64,000 bases of DNA, taken from positions 2,848,001 through 2,912,000 of the forward strand of contig JASGJH010000001.1 of assembly GCA_047601445.1 (NCBI GenBank). Reading direction: 5' to 3'. The translations under genes and the position numbers were made by a program. This DNA is from Myxococcales bacterium. GTDB lineage: Bacteria; Myxococcota_A; Polyangia; Polyangiales; DASUME01. Shown here piece after piece: positions 10,759 to 20,553 of this stretch. Under the pieces are notes generated by a model. It ran no database searches and had not been told where the DNA came from. It was given only the letters and a program-made list of their open reading frames with translations. Position 1 is the first letter of the stretch; each line of letters opens with the position of its first letter.

Positions 10759-12069
10759 CTACAGCGAAGGCAGGCAAAAGAAGCCGTCCTTGGGCCAGTA
10801 GAGCACGAAGTTGATGCACATCTCGTCGTCGCTGGTCTCGCCGGCGCGCACCACGTTGCCCGTCGCGTTTTCGTAGGTGCAACGCGTGGTCACCACGTCG
10901 TCGTTGTAGATGACGGCTTGCGCCGGATAGAAGCGCTGATCGTAGAAGTCGAAGGGGCCGTTGTGGACCACCTGCTCGACGTAATCGTGACTGATGCCCA
11001 GATAGGCATGGACCCCCAGCTTGTGCATGTGGGGCGCCACGCTCAAGATGTGGATCTCCTCTTGGCCCTGGAGCACCACGCGACAGAGGCTGGTGACCGC
11101 CGCGCGCTGTCCCGGGAGGAGCAGCGGCAGGGCACTCAAGTCCTTGCTCATCGCAGCCGTGTGCTCACGAAATTTCGATGTGACGCAGATTTCCGCGCCA
11201 CTCGCATCGTCCTCGTCCTGGGCGCCGGCGCGGTTGTAATAGTGCATCTCGAGAAACATGGGTCCGTTGCCGAGGTGCAGCCCCACGTCGCTCGGGAGCG
11301 TGGGGACGCCTGCGTTGCCCGGTGCCCAGCCCCAGAACACCACTTGGTTCTCCACCCCCGTCCCTTCGTACAGGATCCAGTGGTGGAGCACGCGATGGTT
11401 ATCGGTGATCGGCCGCAGCGCCAGCGCCTGCAGCGACTTGTCGCCCCAGGGAGGACGCGAGAACGGAATGCGAACCTGGGTTTCCTCACCGGCTTTGACT
11501 CGGTAAGGCCGATCGGGATGGTCGAGGTCGTGCGCCTTGAGCACATAGTGCTCTTCGCAGTCTGCTGGCCACGGCTCGTCGACCGTCGGGCTGGGCTCCA
11601 GGGTTGATCCACCCGTGCAGGATCGATCGGGTCCGGGCCTCGCTCCGTCGTCGATCCAAGCGTCGAGTGCCTCCAAGCTATTCTCGTCGAGCATGCCCGC
11701 CTGCGGCATCGGGTCGCGCTCGTCGTGGATGCGCTGTTCGACTAGCTCATAGACGCGCCTGCTCGGGTCGGAGAAAGCTGGCTTCAGTAGGTCCTCGTAG
11801 TTGAGCAAGGACATGGGCGCGCCAGCCACGTGATCTCCATTGTGGCATTCGAGGCAATTGGCACGCAGCACGGCGAGCGCTCTGCACCACAAGCTCGACA
11901 CTGGCGCCGGAACCTCGACTCCGCGATCTGGCTCACGCCCCTCGGGGACCAGCTCGCGTGAATCGGGGGACTCTTCGAGCACCGGTCGTGGCCCGGCAAG
12001 GGCGTCTTCGTCGCCGTAGCAGGCCAGCAGACTCGATCCGAGCAAGGCACTCGCGTACAACCTTCTCAT
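10759..12069 (-). CDS. Lipoprotein fusing a c-type cytochrome domain to a copper type II (PHM/DBH-like) monooxygenase
   Basis: Lipobox LLAC; heme motif CLECH; Cu-ligand motifs VLHHW, EMHY, PHMH, DEMC. Confidence 0.85.
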   Translation of the reverse strand: MRRLYASALLGSSLLACYGDEDALAGPRPVLEESPDSRELVPEGREPDRGVEVPAPVSSLWCRALAVLRANCLECHNGDHVAGAPMSLLNYEDLLKPAFSDPSRRVYELVEQRIHDERDPMPQAGMLDENSLEALDAWIDDGARPGPDRSCTGGSTLEPSPTVDEPWPADCEEHYVLKAHDLDHPDRPYRVKAGEETQVRIPFSRPPWGDKSLQALALRPITDNHRVLHHWILYEGTGVENQVVFWGWAPGNAGVPTLPSDVGLHLGNGPMFLEMHYYNRAGAQDEDDASGAEICVTSKFREHTAAMSKDLSALPLLLPGQRAAVTSLCRVVLQGQEEIHILSVAPHMHKLGVHAYLGISHDYVEQVVHNGPFDFYDQRFYPAQAVIYNDDVVTTRCTYENATGNVVRAGETSDDEMCINFVLYWPKDGFFCLPSL

Positions 12070-12289
12070 ACTCAGAACCAAAGCAGGTTGCGCATCGAAC
12101 GCTTGTCCATTTGCATGGGGAAATCTTGCCGTTTATGGGCAGTTTTTCTGGGAACTGTTTCAACCGCTTCTCGGTCCAATGTCTGCAATCCATACCGACC
12201 ATGAGAAAACTCAGACTAGCGCCCGAGGGCGTGTTGAAGGGGCGCATGCCACCCTTGCGCGCAGTGGGCCGGTCGCAGAGGAGGCCAAA

Positions 12290-12685
12290 GTGCACGACGA
12301 GATCCAGAAGTACAACACCGCTCAGCCGCTGACCTCTCGCGAGATCTGCCGTGCGCTCGCCGACACGATCGACGCGGCACTCAAGGTCGCCGAGAGCAAG
12401 CTCTGGCACGGAGGCCCCGTGTGGTTCATCGACGGAAATCCCATCGTCGGCTACTGGGTGCGCAAGGCGCACGTGCAGCTCCTCTTCTGGAGCGGGCAGT
12501 CCTTCGAAGAACCAGGCCTCGAGCCCGAGGGCAAGTTCAAGGCGGCGGAGCTTCGCATCACCGATGCAGCACAGATCAAGCCGAGCGAAATGAAGCGCTG
12601 GCTCCGCAAGTCCCGGACCATCCAATGGGACTACAAGAACATCGTCAAGCGGCGCGGCGTGCTCGAGAAAATCGGCGAGTGGTAG
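12290..12685 (+). CDS. DUF1801 (YdhG-like) protein
   Basis: ESKLWHGGPVWFIDGNPIVGY...LLFWSGQSF...QWDYKNIVKR; GAGGAGG RBS before GTG 12290. Confidence 0.8.
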   Translation: MHDEIQKYNTAQPLTSREICRALADTIDAALKVAESKLWHGGPVWFIDGNPIVGYWVRKAHVQLLFWSGQSFEEPGLEPEGKFKAAELRITDAAQIKPSEMKRWLRKSRTIQWDYKNIVKRRGVLEKIGEW

Positions 12686-12882
12686 CGCAGCTCTGTTCGA
12701 TCGCTATGGTTCCGCCCGAGCGCTGGTCCTTCGCGCTGTCCAAGCTCCGCGGTTCGCGGCTTTTCGAATCGGAGGACTTCGGGTCAAGCCTCTCTCAGCC
12801 TCTCGCGAGCTCGGCGCCGGCTAGCCGGATAGACGCCTAGGACACGGACGCGCCGTTCGTTATGGGGTCGGGATCCCCAGCC

Positions 12883-14160
12883 TCACTCTGGGAGTCCGTT
12901 TCCAGCTCCTCGATGTCCCAACGACCCTGACTGGCCAAACCTCGGTGAGCAGTCTGTCGTGCTTGTTGTTAGGCGCGGCAGCAACCCTGACGATGGCCGG
13001 TGCGACGGATCCGCGAGCAACGCGCCATCGTCTGCAAGTTCGGGCTGAACCTGGTTGCTGGATTCCCGGCTATCGCTGTTGGGCAGCGCGCCCACGCCTT
13101 CAGCCGATTCCCGTAGCTCGGGCACGAACGCAAGACCACCCGACAAGGGACCTCGTATTGAACGACTCCGAGAGAACAAAAGGTAGTTTCCTCTAGCTGT
13201 TGCTGGCAATTCCGCGCGCGGCCAGTTCTGAGTCCAGTCAGGGCCAGGCTCCACCCTGAAGAAACTCGGAGCGCGCCTAAGTGCGAAGCGTTTTCTCCAC
13301 CACTGCGCCACGGCCTCGAACATCTCCCCGGTCGGATCGTAGCGGTCGATCGGGTCGTTGAGCACGTACTGATAACCGTTGGCACACTCGAAGGCTCGCT
13401 CGAGGCAGAGCTGGTTGTCCGTGAGGAACAGCGGGTCCGGACTCATCCAGCGGCCCACGTTCGGGTCGAACTCTCGAAACGAAAAGTGCGTCAGCCGTGA
13501 GCTCGGGTCCGGGCGCTGTCCGGTGTAGCCGTAGGCATCCACGTAACCTCGGCGTTCCCGCGCGTCACCCACGGCTTGAAAGGCGCGCTCGCCGAGCCGC
13601 TCGGCGGCCGGCCCCGTGGCCAAGCTGGCGCTGCCAAGCTGATCATGGTGCAAGAACGCCGTGGCGGCGCTGTGCTCGAGCAGGCAGCGGCGCGCGCTGG
13701 CATACAGGTAGCGCAGTGGCTCAGTCGCCAACCAGGCATCCCCCACGTCGATGCGTGCGCCGCGTGCGTCGCCCGACACCATATCGCCGAGCAGACCTAC
13801 TTGCAGCGTGCTGCCATTCACGCGCGCCACGCGCCGATCCCCCACGCGCGCGTACACCACGGCGACGCCGTCACGCAGCTCGAAGTCCATTCCCACCGAG
13901 CAGGTCAGGCTGCCCGCATGCTCCTCGCACACACGCTCGACCGTGTCGGCGTAGAAGTACGCGGCCCGACCGCTGCCCGAGACAGCGGAGACAAGGCGTC
14001 CGCGATAGTCCCAGGACAAATCCGTTGCGCCATGCCCCGTCGTAGGCTGCGAGCTCGACCGGCCCAAGGCTGTTGTGTCCGCGCGCGCCACGCGGCACGG
14101 CGAAGACCCTAGCAGCGCGACTGCGCTCCACATCACCGCAACCCTCGCAGCGCTCAGCAT
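12883..14160 (-). CDS. Secreted mini-Rhs protein, copy 1 (signal peptide + Rhs-associated core + unique tip)
   Basis: Signal peptide ending ARA; FLHHDQLGS, YGYTGQR, GRWMSPDP, YVLNDPIDRYDPTG. Confidence 0.9.
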   Translation of the reverse strand: MLSAARVAVMWSAVALLGSSPCRVARADTTALGRSSSQPTTGHGATDLSWDYRGRLVSAVSGSGRAAYFYADTVERVCEEHAGSLTCSVGMDFELRDGVAVVYARVGDRRVARVNGSTLQVGLLGDMVSGDARGARIDVGDAWLATEPLRYLYASARRCLLEHSAATAFLHHDQLGSASLATGPAAERLGERAFQAVGDARERRGYVDAYGYTGQRPDPSSRLTHFSFREFDPNVGRWMSPDPLFLTDNQLCLERAFECANGYQYVLNDPIDRYDPTGEMFEAVAQWWRKRFALRRAPSFFRVEPGPDWTQNWPRAELPATARGNYLLFSRSRSIRGPLSGGLAFVPELRESAEGVGALPNSDSRESSNQVQPELADDGALLADPSHRPSSGLLPRLTTSTTDCSPRFGQSGSLGHRGAGNGLPE

Positions 14161-14196
14161 CGCCTCAAGTCTGCGGGCAACCCACGCCGCTGCAAA

Positions 14197-14213
14197 CTGG
14201 ACAGGTGTACTAG
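14197..14213 (-). promoter_or_regulatory. Conserved upstream motif CTAG-N7-RTCCAR (copy 1)
   Basis: CTAGTACACCTGTCCAG on the coding strand ~37 bp before the start; related sites precede copies 2, 9, 10, 12. Confidence 0.5.
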
Positions 14214-14215
14214 GG

Positions 14216-15595
14216 TCAATGGCCTCCCTGCGTACGCGCGGCCATCTTGGCCTGGGGCACGACGTCCGTGCGGGGCGACAATGGCTGCCAGCCCAAGTTG
14301 CGCCACTCCTCTAGCAGCAGCTCGTATCGATTGTTGTACGGGCGCTTTGCTCCAGCCATGCCCCCGATATACACGCTTTCTAGCGTGCCCAAGTTCAGCC
14401 GGAAGTTCATGAGCTTGTAAAAAAACTCTTTGGAGACAAGACGCGCAATGGGCCAACAAGTCGCGAGGACGCTTGTCACAGGAGTCCCGTTGGCCCAAAA
14501 CTCCCGGCGCTCCCCAAAGGCCTCCTGTACGGTGTCTCGCAGTTCTCGGTCAACATGCTCGCCTTCCAAGTGCCAGATCTGTGCCTCGAACGACGGCAGT
14601 ATCAGCGAGACGTTCCGCCGCCGCGTGGCGCTTAGTCCCTGGACAAGACTCAGGAGCTCGGACTCTGCGCTGATGATGGGTTCACTACCGTCAAAGGCTT
14701 CGACCCGGAAAAGGGTTGGATCGTCCGGCTCGGAGAAGACTGCGATCGGCGAGATCCAGTCAGGAGCGAGGACCAGGTACCCTTTCTCGCCGGTCGGGTC
14801 GATTGCATCGACTGCGTTGTTCAGCACGTACTGGTGTCCGTTGGCGCACTCGAAGGGCCGCTCCAGACATGCACGACTGTCCGTCAGGAACAGCGGGTCG
14901 GGGCTCACCCAGCGGTCCGCGCGCGGGTCGAGCTCGCGATGCGGGAAGTGCACGAGGCCGGTGGTCGGGTCGCCACGCTGGCCCGTGAAGCCGTAGTCAT
15001 CCACGTAGCGACCGCGCTGCCGCGGCGTCCCGCTCGTGTAGTACGCGCGCTCTCCAATCGACTGCCCGGCGAGGTCCGTGGCAAGGCCCGCGTTCCCGAG
15101 CTGGTCGTGGTGCACGAACACCAAGCTCGCTCCGTGCTCGAGTAATACCCGCCGCGCGGTTGCGTATAAGTAACGCGTGGCCTGCTCTCCTGGACCACGC
15201 GTCAGCCAGGCGTCACCCACGTCGATCCGAGCATCAGGCTCGCCAAGCGGAGCCAGGTCCGTCAGCAATGTGGCCTGCAGCGCGCTCTCGCCTCCGCGCG
15301 CAATGCGGCGGCTCCCCACACGGCGGTACGTCACCGCGATCCCATCGCGTAACTCGAAGTCCCTCGCGATGTGGTACGTCACGCTCCCGTCGTGCTCCTC
15401 CAGGATGCGTTCTTCCGCGTCTGCGTAGAAGTAGCTGCCTGCGTGGGCCCCCGACCGCGACGATGCCAGACGTCCCCGGTGGTCCCAGCTCAGCTGGACG
15501 TCCAGCTCCTGCGCACGCGCTGACGCCCCGACCCATCCCATGAAAGCCAACACGGTTGTGGCTGCGCGAACATGCCAGCTCGATCGATCGTTCAT
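14216..15595 (-). CDS. Secreted mini-Rhs protein, copy 2
   Basis: Signal peptide ...VLAFMGWVGASARA-Q; YGFTGQR, RWVSPDP, CLERPFEC, NNAVDAIDPTG. Confidence 0.9.
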   Translation of the reverse strand: MNDRSSWHVRAATTVLAFMGWVGASARAQELDVQLSWDHRGRLASSRSGAHAGSYFYADAEERILEEHDGSVTYHIARDFELRDGIAVTYRRVGSRRIARGGESALQATLLTDLAPLGEPDARIDVGDAWLTRGPGEQATRYLYATARRVLLEHGASLVFVHHDQLGNAGLATDLAGQSIGERAYYTSGTPRQRGRYVDDYGFTGQRGDPTTGLVHFPHRELDPRADRWVSPDPLFLTDSRACLERPFECANGHQYVLNNAVDAIDPTGEKGYLVLAPDWISPIAVFSEPDDPTLFRVEAFDGSEPIISAESELLSLVQGLSATRRRNVSLILPSFEAQIWHLEGEHVDRELRDTVQEAFGERREFWANGTPVTSVLATCWPIARLVSKEFFYKLMNFRLNLGTLESVYIGGMAGAKRPYNNRYELLLEEWRNLGWQPLSPRTDVVPQAKMAARTQGGH

Positions 15596-15809
15596 GGACC
15601 CTCGCTGCACTCTCGCCAGGACCGTCGCCGCCAGCCGGCTTCAATCTTTCTTGGGGTTTGTTTGTCCCAGGCGTTGGAACGCGCACCAAGTCCGTGCGCA
15701 TCAGCCCTACCTTGGGAACGCGGCTCATTGCGAGACCCTTCACCTGTCGTCGTCGCCGCCCGGCGCGCTCGGCAGACTCCCGTGGCGCTTCGGAGCCCAC
15801 ATTGGCTGC

Positions 15810-15858
15810 GCAATCTGGCAGTCGCGTGCGTCGCGCGGTAGTTGGACGGATGTGCTAG
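15810..15858 (-). promoter_or_regulatory. Conserved upstream element containing CTAG-N7-GTCCAA (copy 2)
   Basis: 15837-15858 matches 33338-33359 at 18/22 positions, and similarity extends ~30 bp further. Confidence 0.55.
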
Positions 15859-16043
15859 CCGCTCAGTCCGGCACGCTGAGCACGCTGGCGGAAGAAGCGT
15901 ACCTCCGCCTCCGAGACAAGCCGTAGGCTCTCCGTCCGAATGGTCCGGCGTGCCCGCGCCGCGGCATAGTGAGCTGCACCAGCGCGCGCGATCGCGTTCG
16001 GCAGGAGTTCACCATTCGTCTACTACGGTGCAAGACCTTCCAG

Positions 16044-16917
16044 ATGGGCCCCTACCGCGTGCTTGGTCGCCTTGAGCAGCACGAACCCGGGGATTTGAGC
16101 GAGCCCTTTCTGGCGGTCGACGAGCCAATGTCTGGCGTGCGCAGACTGGTGACCTTGCGCATGCTTCGGGCCGCGCTCCAGCGCGATCCGGTGTCCGTCT
16201 TCGTGTTCAAGGAGGAAGCGCGCTGCGGCATCGCCGTCCGCCACGCTGGGCTCGTGCAGACCATCGCTGCAGGAGAGGACCGCGACCGCCCCTATGTGGT
16301 CACCGAGTTCCTGCATGGGCCGACCCTACACGACCTGCTCGAGCGCGCGCAGCGTCGGCGCGAGCCTCTGCCACCACAGGTGGCCATCGGCTCGGTGGGG
16401 GACGCGCTCAGGGGACTGCACCACTTGCACGAGGCGCGGGGCCAGGACGGCGCACCCCTCGAGTTCGTGCACCGTCACATCAGCCCCAGCAACATCGTCG
16501 CGACGCGCCACGGGCACGCCAAGCTCAGTGGCTTTGGCGTGGCAAGGCATGCGCTCGAGGAGACCCTCTTGCTCAAGGGCCAGCTCCGATACCTGGCACC
16601 CGAGCTCGTGCTGGGCAGCCCGCCGAGCGTACAGTCGGATTCTCTGGAGCATGGGCGCCGTGCTCTGGGAAGCCCTGTGCGGACGGCCGCTGTTTCAAGG
16701 CCGAGGCGACGTCGCCACCCTTCAGCAGGTGCTGCATTTGCCGATCGAGAGGCAGCTTCCGAGCTACATCGAAGTCCCGCGCGCACTGCGGTCGGTGCTG
16801 ATGCGCGCCCTGCGGCGTGACCCGGCCGAACGCTACCGCTCGGCTCGCGAGATGCACGACGAGCTGCGTTGCTCAGGAGCAGCCTGGAGTCAGCGCACGC
16901 ATGTCCAATCGTTCTAG
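16044..16917 (+). CDS. Ser/Thr kinase-like pseudokinase; apparent +1 frameshift at ~16640 (start uncertain)
   Basis: Kinase-fold motifs (FKEEAR, YVVTEFLHG, YLAPE, SD-LWSMGAVLWE after removing one T) but VTLR, HRH and SGFG in place of VAxK, HRD and DFG. Confidence 0.75.
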
Positions 16918-16972
16918 GCTACGAACTCGCGGTCGTCGGACAATGCTTCGGTCGTCCGCTCGAGCCGAACGC

Positions 16973-17438
16973 TTACGACGCTGCCGCGCTATCGCTCCCG
17001 GGTACCAGCACGGGCACCGCCTTGTCGAGTACCTCGCGCACCTTGCGCAAGAGGACCTTGGAGGTGAAGGTTTTTTCAACTGTTCGGCCAGCTCCGTGCC
17101 TTTCATGTGCGGCATCAACACGTCCACCAACCAGAGCGCGATCTCGCCCGTGCGATCCGCCACCAGCTCCAATGCCTGCGCCGCCGAGCCCGCCTCCAAC
17201 ACTTGGTACCCGTGTGCCTCGAGCGTGGTGACGATTCCCAGCCGTACCATGTCGTGATCTTCCACCACCAGGATGGTCTCGTTCAACCCACCCACACATC
17301 CCAGTCGATCCAATTTTGCTTGTCACGCAACTGCGCCAGGTCGACGGGAAGGCCCGACACCATCTGCTCGTAATCGAGTCCGCGGTCCTTTGCGACGTGC
17401 TCCCAAATGCCGAGCTCGCGGCACGAAACTTCGCGCAT
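16973..17438 (-). pseudogene. Collapsed remnant of a hybrid sensor kinase: ~50-aa N-terminus joined out of frame to an internally deleted receiver domain
   Basis: MREVSCRELG...WIDWD stop (17438-17283); ETILVVEDHDMVR...LVDVLMPHMKGTELAEQL; then FTSKVLLRKVREVLD in another frame, with the middle of the receiver missing. Confidence 0.65.
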
Positions 17439-17676
17439 GTCCGGAGTATAGCCGCCCGATTCGCAGTGACTTGCAAGGCGCAGCTCTCTGCGCTCGATGC
17501 AAGTGCCTCGCCGCGCAAGCAGCGAGGCGGTCGACGGCGGCGAGCATCGCGCGGATTGGTGCTGTGTGTCAGCCCCGTTACTTGCGTGTTTGATGCGCGA
17601 AAACCAGCCCTTCTGCCCGTGACAGAACGCGCTCACAGGCGCTCCACTCCACCAATGCGAGTGACCTCCGGTCAGC

Positions 17677-18915
17677 TCAGAGGGTGGTTGTCCGCTGCCT
17701 TGGTCCGGGTTCCTCATCTGCGCGCCGGCGAGCGCGCAGGGCCAGCTCGCGTAGCCGTTCGACGCTGCCGATTGCGCGTAGGGGGACTTGAGCGACGATC
17801 CGCACCCATCGTGACGCGGCCAGCGCTACCGAGGCTCCGAGCTCCAAATCGGTCGCATAGTGCGGGGCCATGCGCTCGTAGGCGGCCCGATCCTCGGCTT
17901 CGGTCATGGGCAGCGCGATCCTGTCGAGGTTCAGCAGGTGGCTGTGGCGAGGATCGGAGAGCCTGACGGTGCGACAATGACCCAGCTCGTCGAACAGGCG
18001 GTACCAGTCGCCCGGCACATCATGGTCTGGAATCGCGAGCATGAACGTGGGAGAGCCGTTCGCGTCGACCCCGAAGTAGAGTGTGGTCGTCTTCTCACCG
18101 CTTGGGTCGACCGCGTCTAGCGGGTTGTTCAAGACGTACCCATAGCCATCTGCGCACTCGAAGGGACGCAACAGGCAGAAGTTCGAATCCTCTAGAAACA
18201 GCGGGTCCGGACTGGCCCAACGTCCAGCCCCGGGTTCGAGCTCACGAAACTGGAAGTGCACGAACCCGGTGCTCGGATCGCTACGCTGACCTGTGAACCC
18301 ATACGTATCCACGTGGCCGCGACAAGACCGAGTCTCGCCGTAGGCAAACGAGGCACACTCTCCGAGTACCTGAGCCGCAGGCCCGCTCGCCAGCGTGGCG
18401 TTGCGGAGCTGGTCTTGATGCAAGAACACCGCGCTCGCGCCGTGCTCGAGTAGCAACCGCCGCGCGCTGGCAAACAGATAGCGCAGCACTCCCCCCACGG
18501 GCGGCCTTGCTAACCAGGCGTCACCGACATCGATGCGCCCTGTGGGCGCCGCGTTCGCTCGCAGATCGGCCACAAGCATGGCCTGCAGCGCAGTACTGCC
18601 GGTGCGCCCCACCCGCCGCTCGCCGACCCGGGCGTAGCTCACCGAAACACCGTCGCGCACCTCGAAGTTCGGGCTCACGTGGAAGGTCACGCTGCCGTCG
18701 TGTTCCTCGATCACCCGGTCCATGCCCGCAGCGTAGAAATAGCTGGCCACGCGCCGCCCAGCGCTCGCGCTCACCAGTCGCCCCCGGTAGTCCCACCGCA
18801 ACTCGGCGGCCCTATCTTCCGCCGCGGCGGGCGCGGCGCAGCCCAGAGCTCCCGCCAGCACAAGCCCCTTCGCGATCAGCTTTCCTCCAAGCTCGGTGAG
18901 CACCGCGGGGAGCAT
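17677..18915 (-). CDS. Secreted mini-Rhs protein, copy 3
   Basis: Signal-like LVLAGALGCAAPAAA; GRWASPDP, CLLRPFEC, NNPLDAVDPSG. Confidence 0.9.
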   Translation of the reverse strand: MLPAVLTELGGKLIAKGLVLAGALGCAAPAAAEDRAAELRWDYRGRLVSASAGRRVASYFYAAGMDRVIEEHDGSVTFHVSPNFEVRDGVSVSYARVGERRVGRTGSTALQAMLVADLRANAAPTGRIDVGDAWLARPPVGGVLRYLFASARRLLLEHGASAVFLHQDQLRNATLASGPAAQVLGECASFAYGETRSCRGHVDTYGFTGQRSDPSTGFVHFQFRELEPGAGRWASPDPLFLEDSNFCLLRPFECADGYGYVLNNPLDAVDPSGEKTTTLYFGVDANGSPTFMLAIPDHDVPGDWYRLFDELGHCRTVRLSDPRHSHLLNLDRIALPMTEAEDRAAYERMAPHYATDLELGASVALAASRWVRIVAQVPLRAIGSVERLRELALRARRRADEEPGPRQRTTTL

Positions 18916-19089
18916 GCTGCACTCAAAGCGAATTGGATAGTGACCGAATGACCTAGAGCGCGCTGCTCCCGGGCACGCGGCCAGGCACTCGCTCCAACCC
19001 GCTTCGGCGCCTCACGCCGGCCCGTCTGTCCCAACGTAGGCCTTCCGTCCGGCTCTACGAACGTTGAGCCGCCTGGTAAGCCGCCAGCC

Positions 19090-20465
19090 ATGAATCACAC
19101 GTTTGGCGTCGGCGTCGTCCCCTTGATCATGCTCGCGCTGGGTTCGGCGCTTTGGACCTCACCGGCAGGCGCTCAAGCTGACATCGCGCCTGCCGGGACG
19201 GACCTGCGATGGGACCTCCAGGGGCGCCTGTCGGCGACTCATTCCGGCGCGCACGCAGGCCGCTATTTCTATGCTGATGGTGTCGGTCGTGTGCTCGAGG
19301 AACATGATGGCAGCGTGACCTACTACGTCCGCTCAGACTTCGAGGTGCGGGATGGCATTGCCGTGGCTTATGCTCGGGTGGGCCCGCTCCACGTCGCGCG
19401 GGCCAGCAAGAGCGCGCTGCAATCCGAGCTCCTCGCCGATCGGACGCCGTCCGCCCGGCCCGACGGACGCATCGACGTCGGGGACGGCTGGCTGGCTAGT
19501 AGTACTGCCGGAGACCGAGATCGCGCCCCGACCGAGGCCATGCGCTATCTCTACGCCGGTGCGCGCCGACTGCTGCTCGAGAACTCGGAGAGCACTGCGT
19601 TCCTGCACCAGGATCACCTCGGCAGCTCCACCTTGGCCACCGGAGCGGGCGCTCAGGTGCTCGCGGAGCGCTCCTCAAGCACGACTTCCAACGCCCAGGC
19701 GTACCGCGGCTTCGTGGATGACTACGGCTTCACCGCACAGCGCAGCGATCCAACCACCAACACGCAGCACTTCCCCTTCCGTGAGTTCGACCTCCGCGTC
19801 GGCCGCTGGATGAGCCCCGACCCGCGATTCCTCACCGATGGCCGCGCCTGTCTCGCGCGACCCTTCGAGTGTGCCAACGGGTATCAATACGTTTCGAACA
19901 ATCCCGTCGACTATGTTGACCCACGGGCGAGACGCGGTGGCAAGCACTCCGACAATGGGTCGGCGGCGTCTTTCGTCGAAGGACCGTCGCCGCGCCGGCG
20001 CCCGTTCCGGATGCTGTGCTGGCCTACCCCGCCTGGGTCGACGTCGTTCCCCTCCAAGACCCAGATGGAAACCCGTGGCCTGACGCTCAACCCATCGAAA
20101 CCGTCGCGCCGGACGAGGTCTACCGCGTAAAAATCGCGATGGTCAAGGACCGCATAGGACTGGTGTTCGAGCGGTTCAATGGAAAAGCATGGTGGATCAC
20201 AGGTGGCGATCAGGGTGACATCGTGATGGAAGAGCTTGAGGCGTTCGCAACCTTTCGCGGAACCGAGCTCCACAGGGTCGCCCTCAATATGCAGCAGCTT
20301 TTGGAGGCGGTCGGATCGACCACCTTGAGACCGCGTCACGACGCTTCACGTCCCTATGACGTGGAGGTAGTCAACGAGTGGCTCAGCCGTAACGGCCTCA
20401 AAGAGCAGTACCGGGACAGGAACGCTCTCATGAAGGCAGCCAAGCAGCATTTCAAACGGAACTGA
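19090..20465 (+). CDS. Secreted mini-Rhs protein, copy 4; 1-bp deletion at the DPTG codons (~19920)
   Basis: Signal peptide ending AGA-Q; full core; adding one base at 19918-19922 gives DPTG-ETRWQALRQW... continuing into ORF 20016-20465. Confidence 0.85.
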
Positions 20466-20553
20466 TTCTCAGCTTTCCCAGTCCAACGGCGAATACTCTC
20501 TCGCGGTGTCGTCGACTCTGGAGCTGGATCATGGACCGGTGGGCTCCTTAGCT

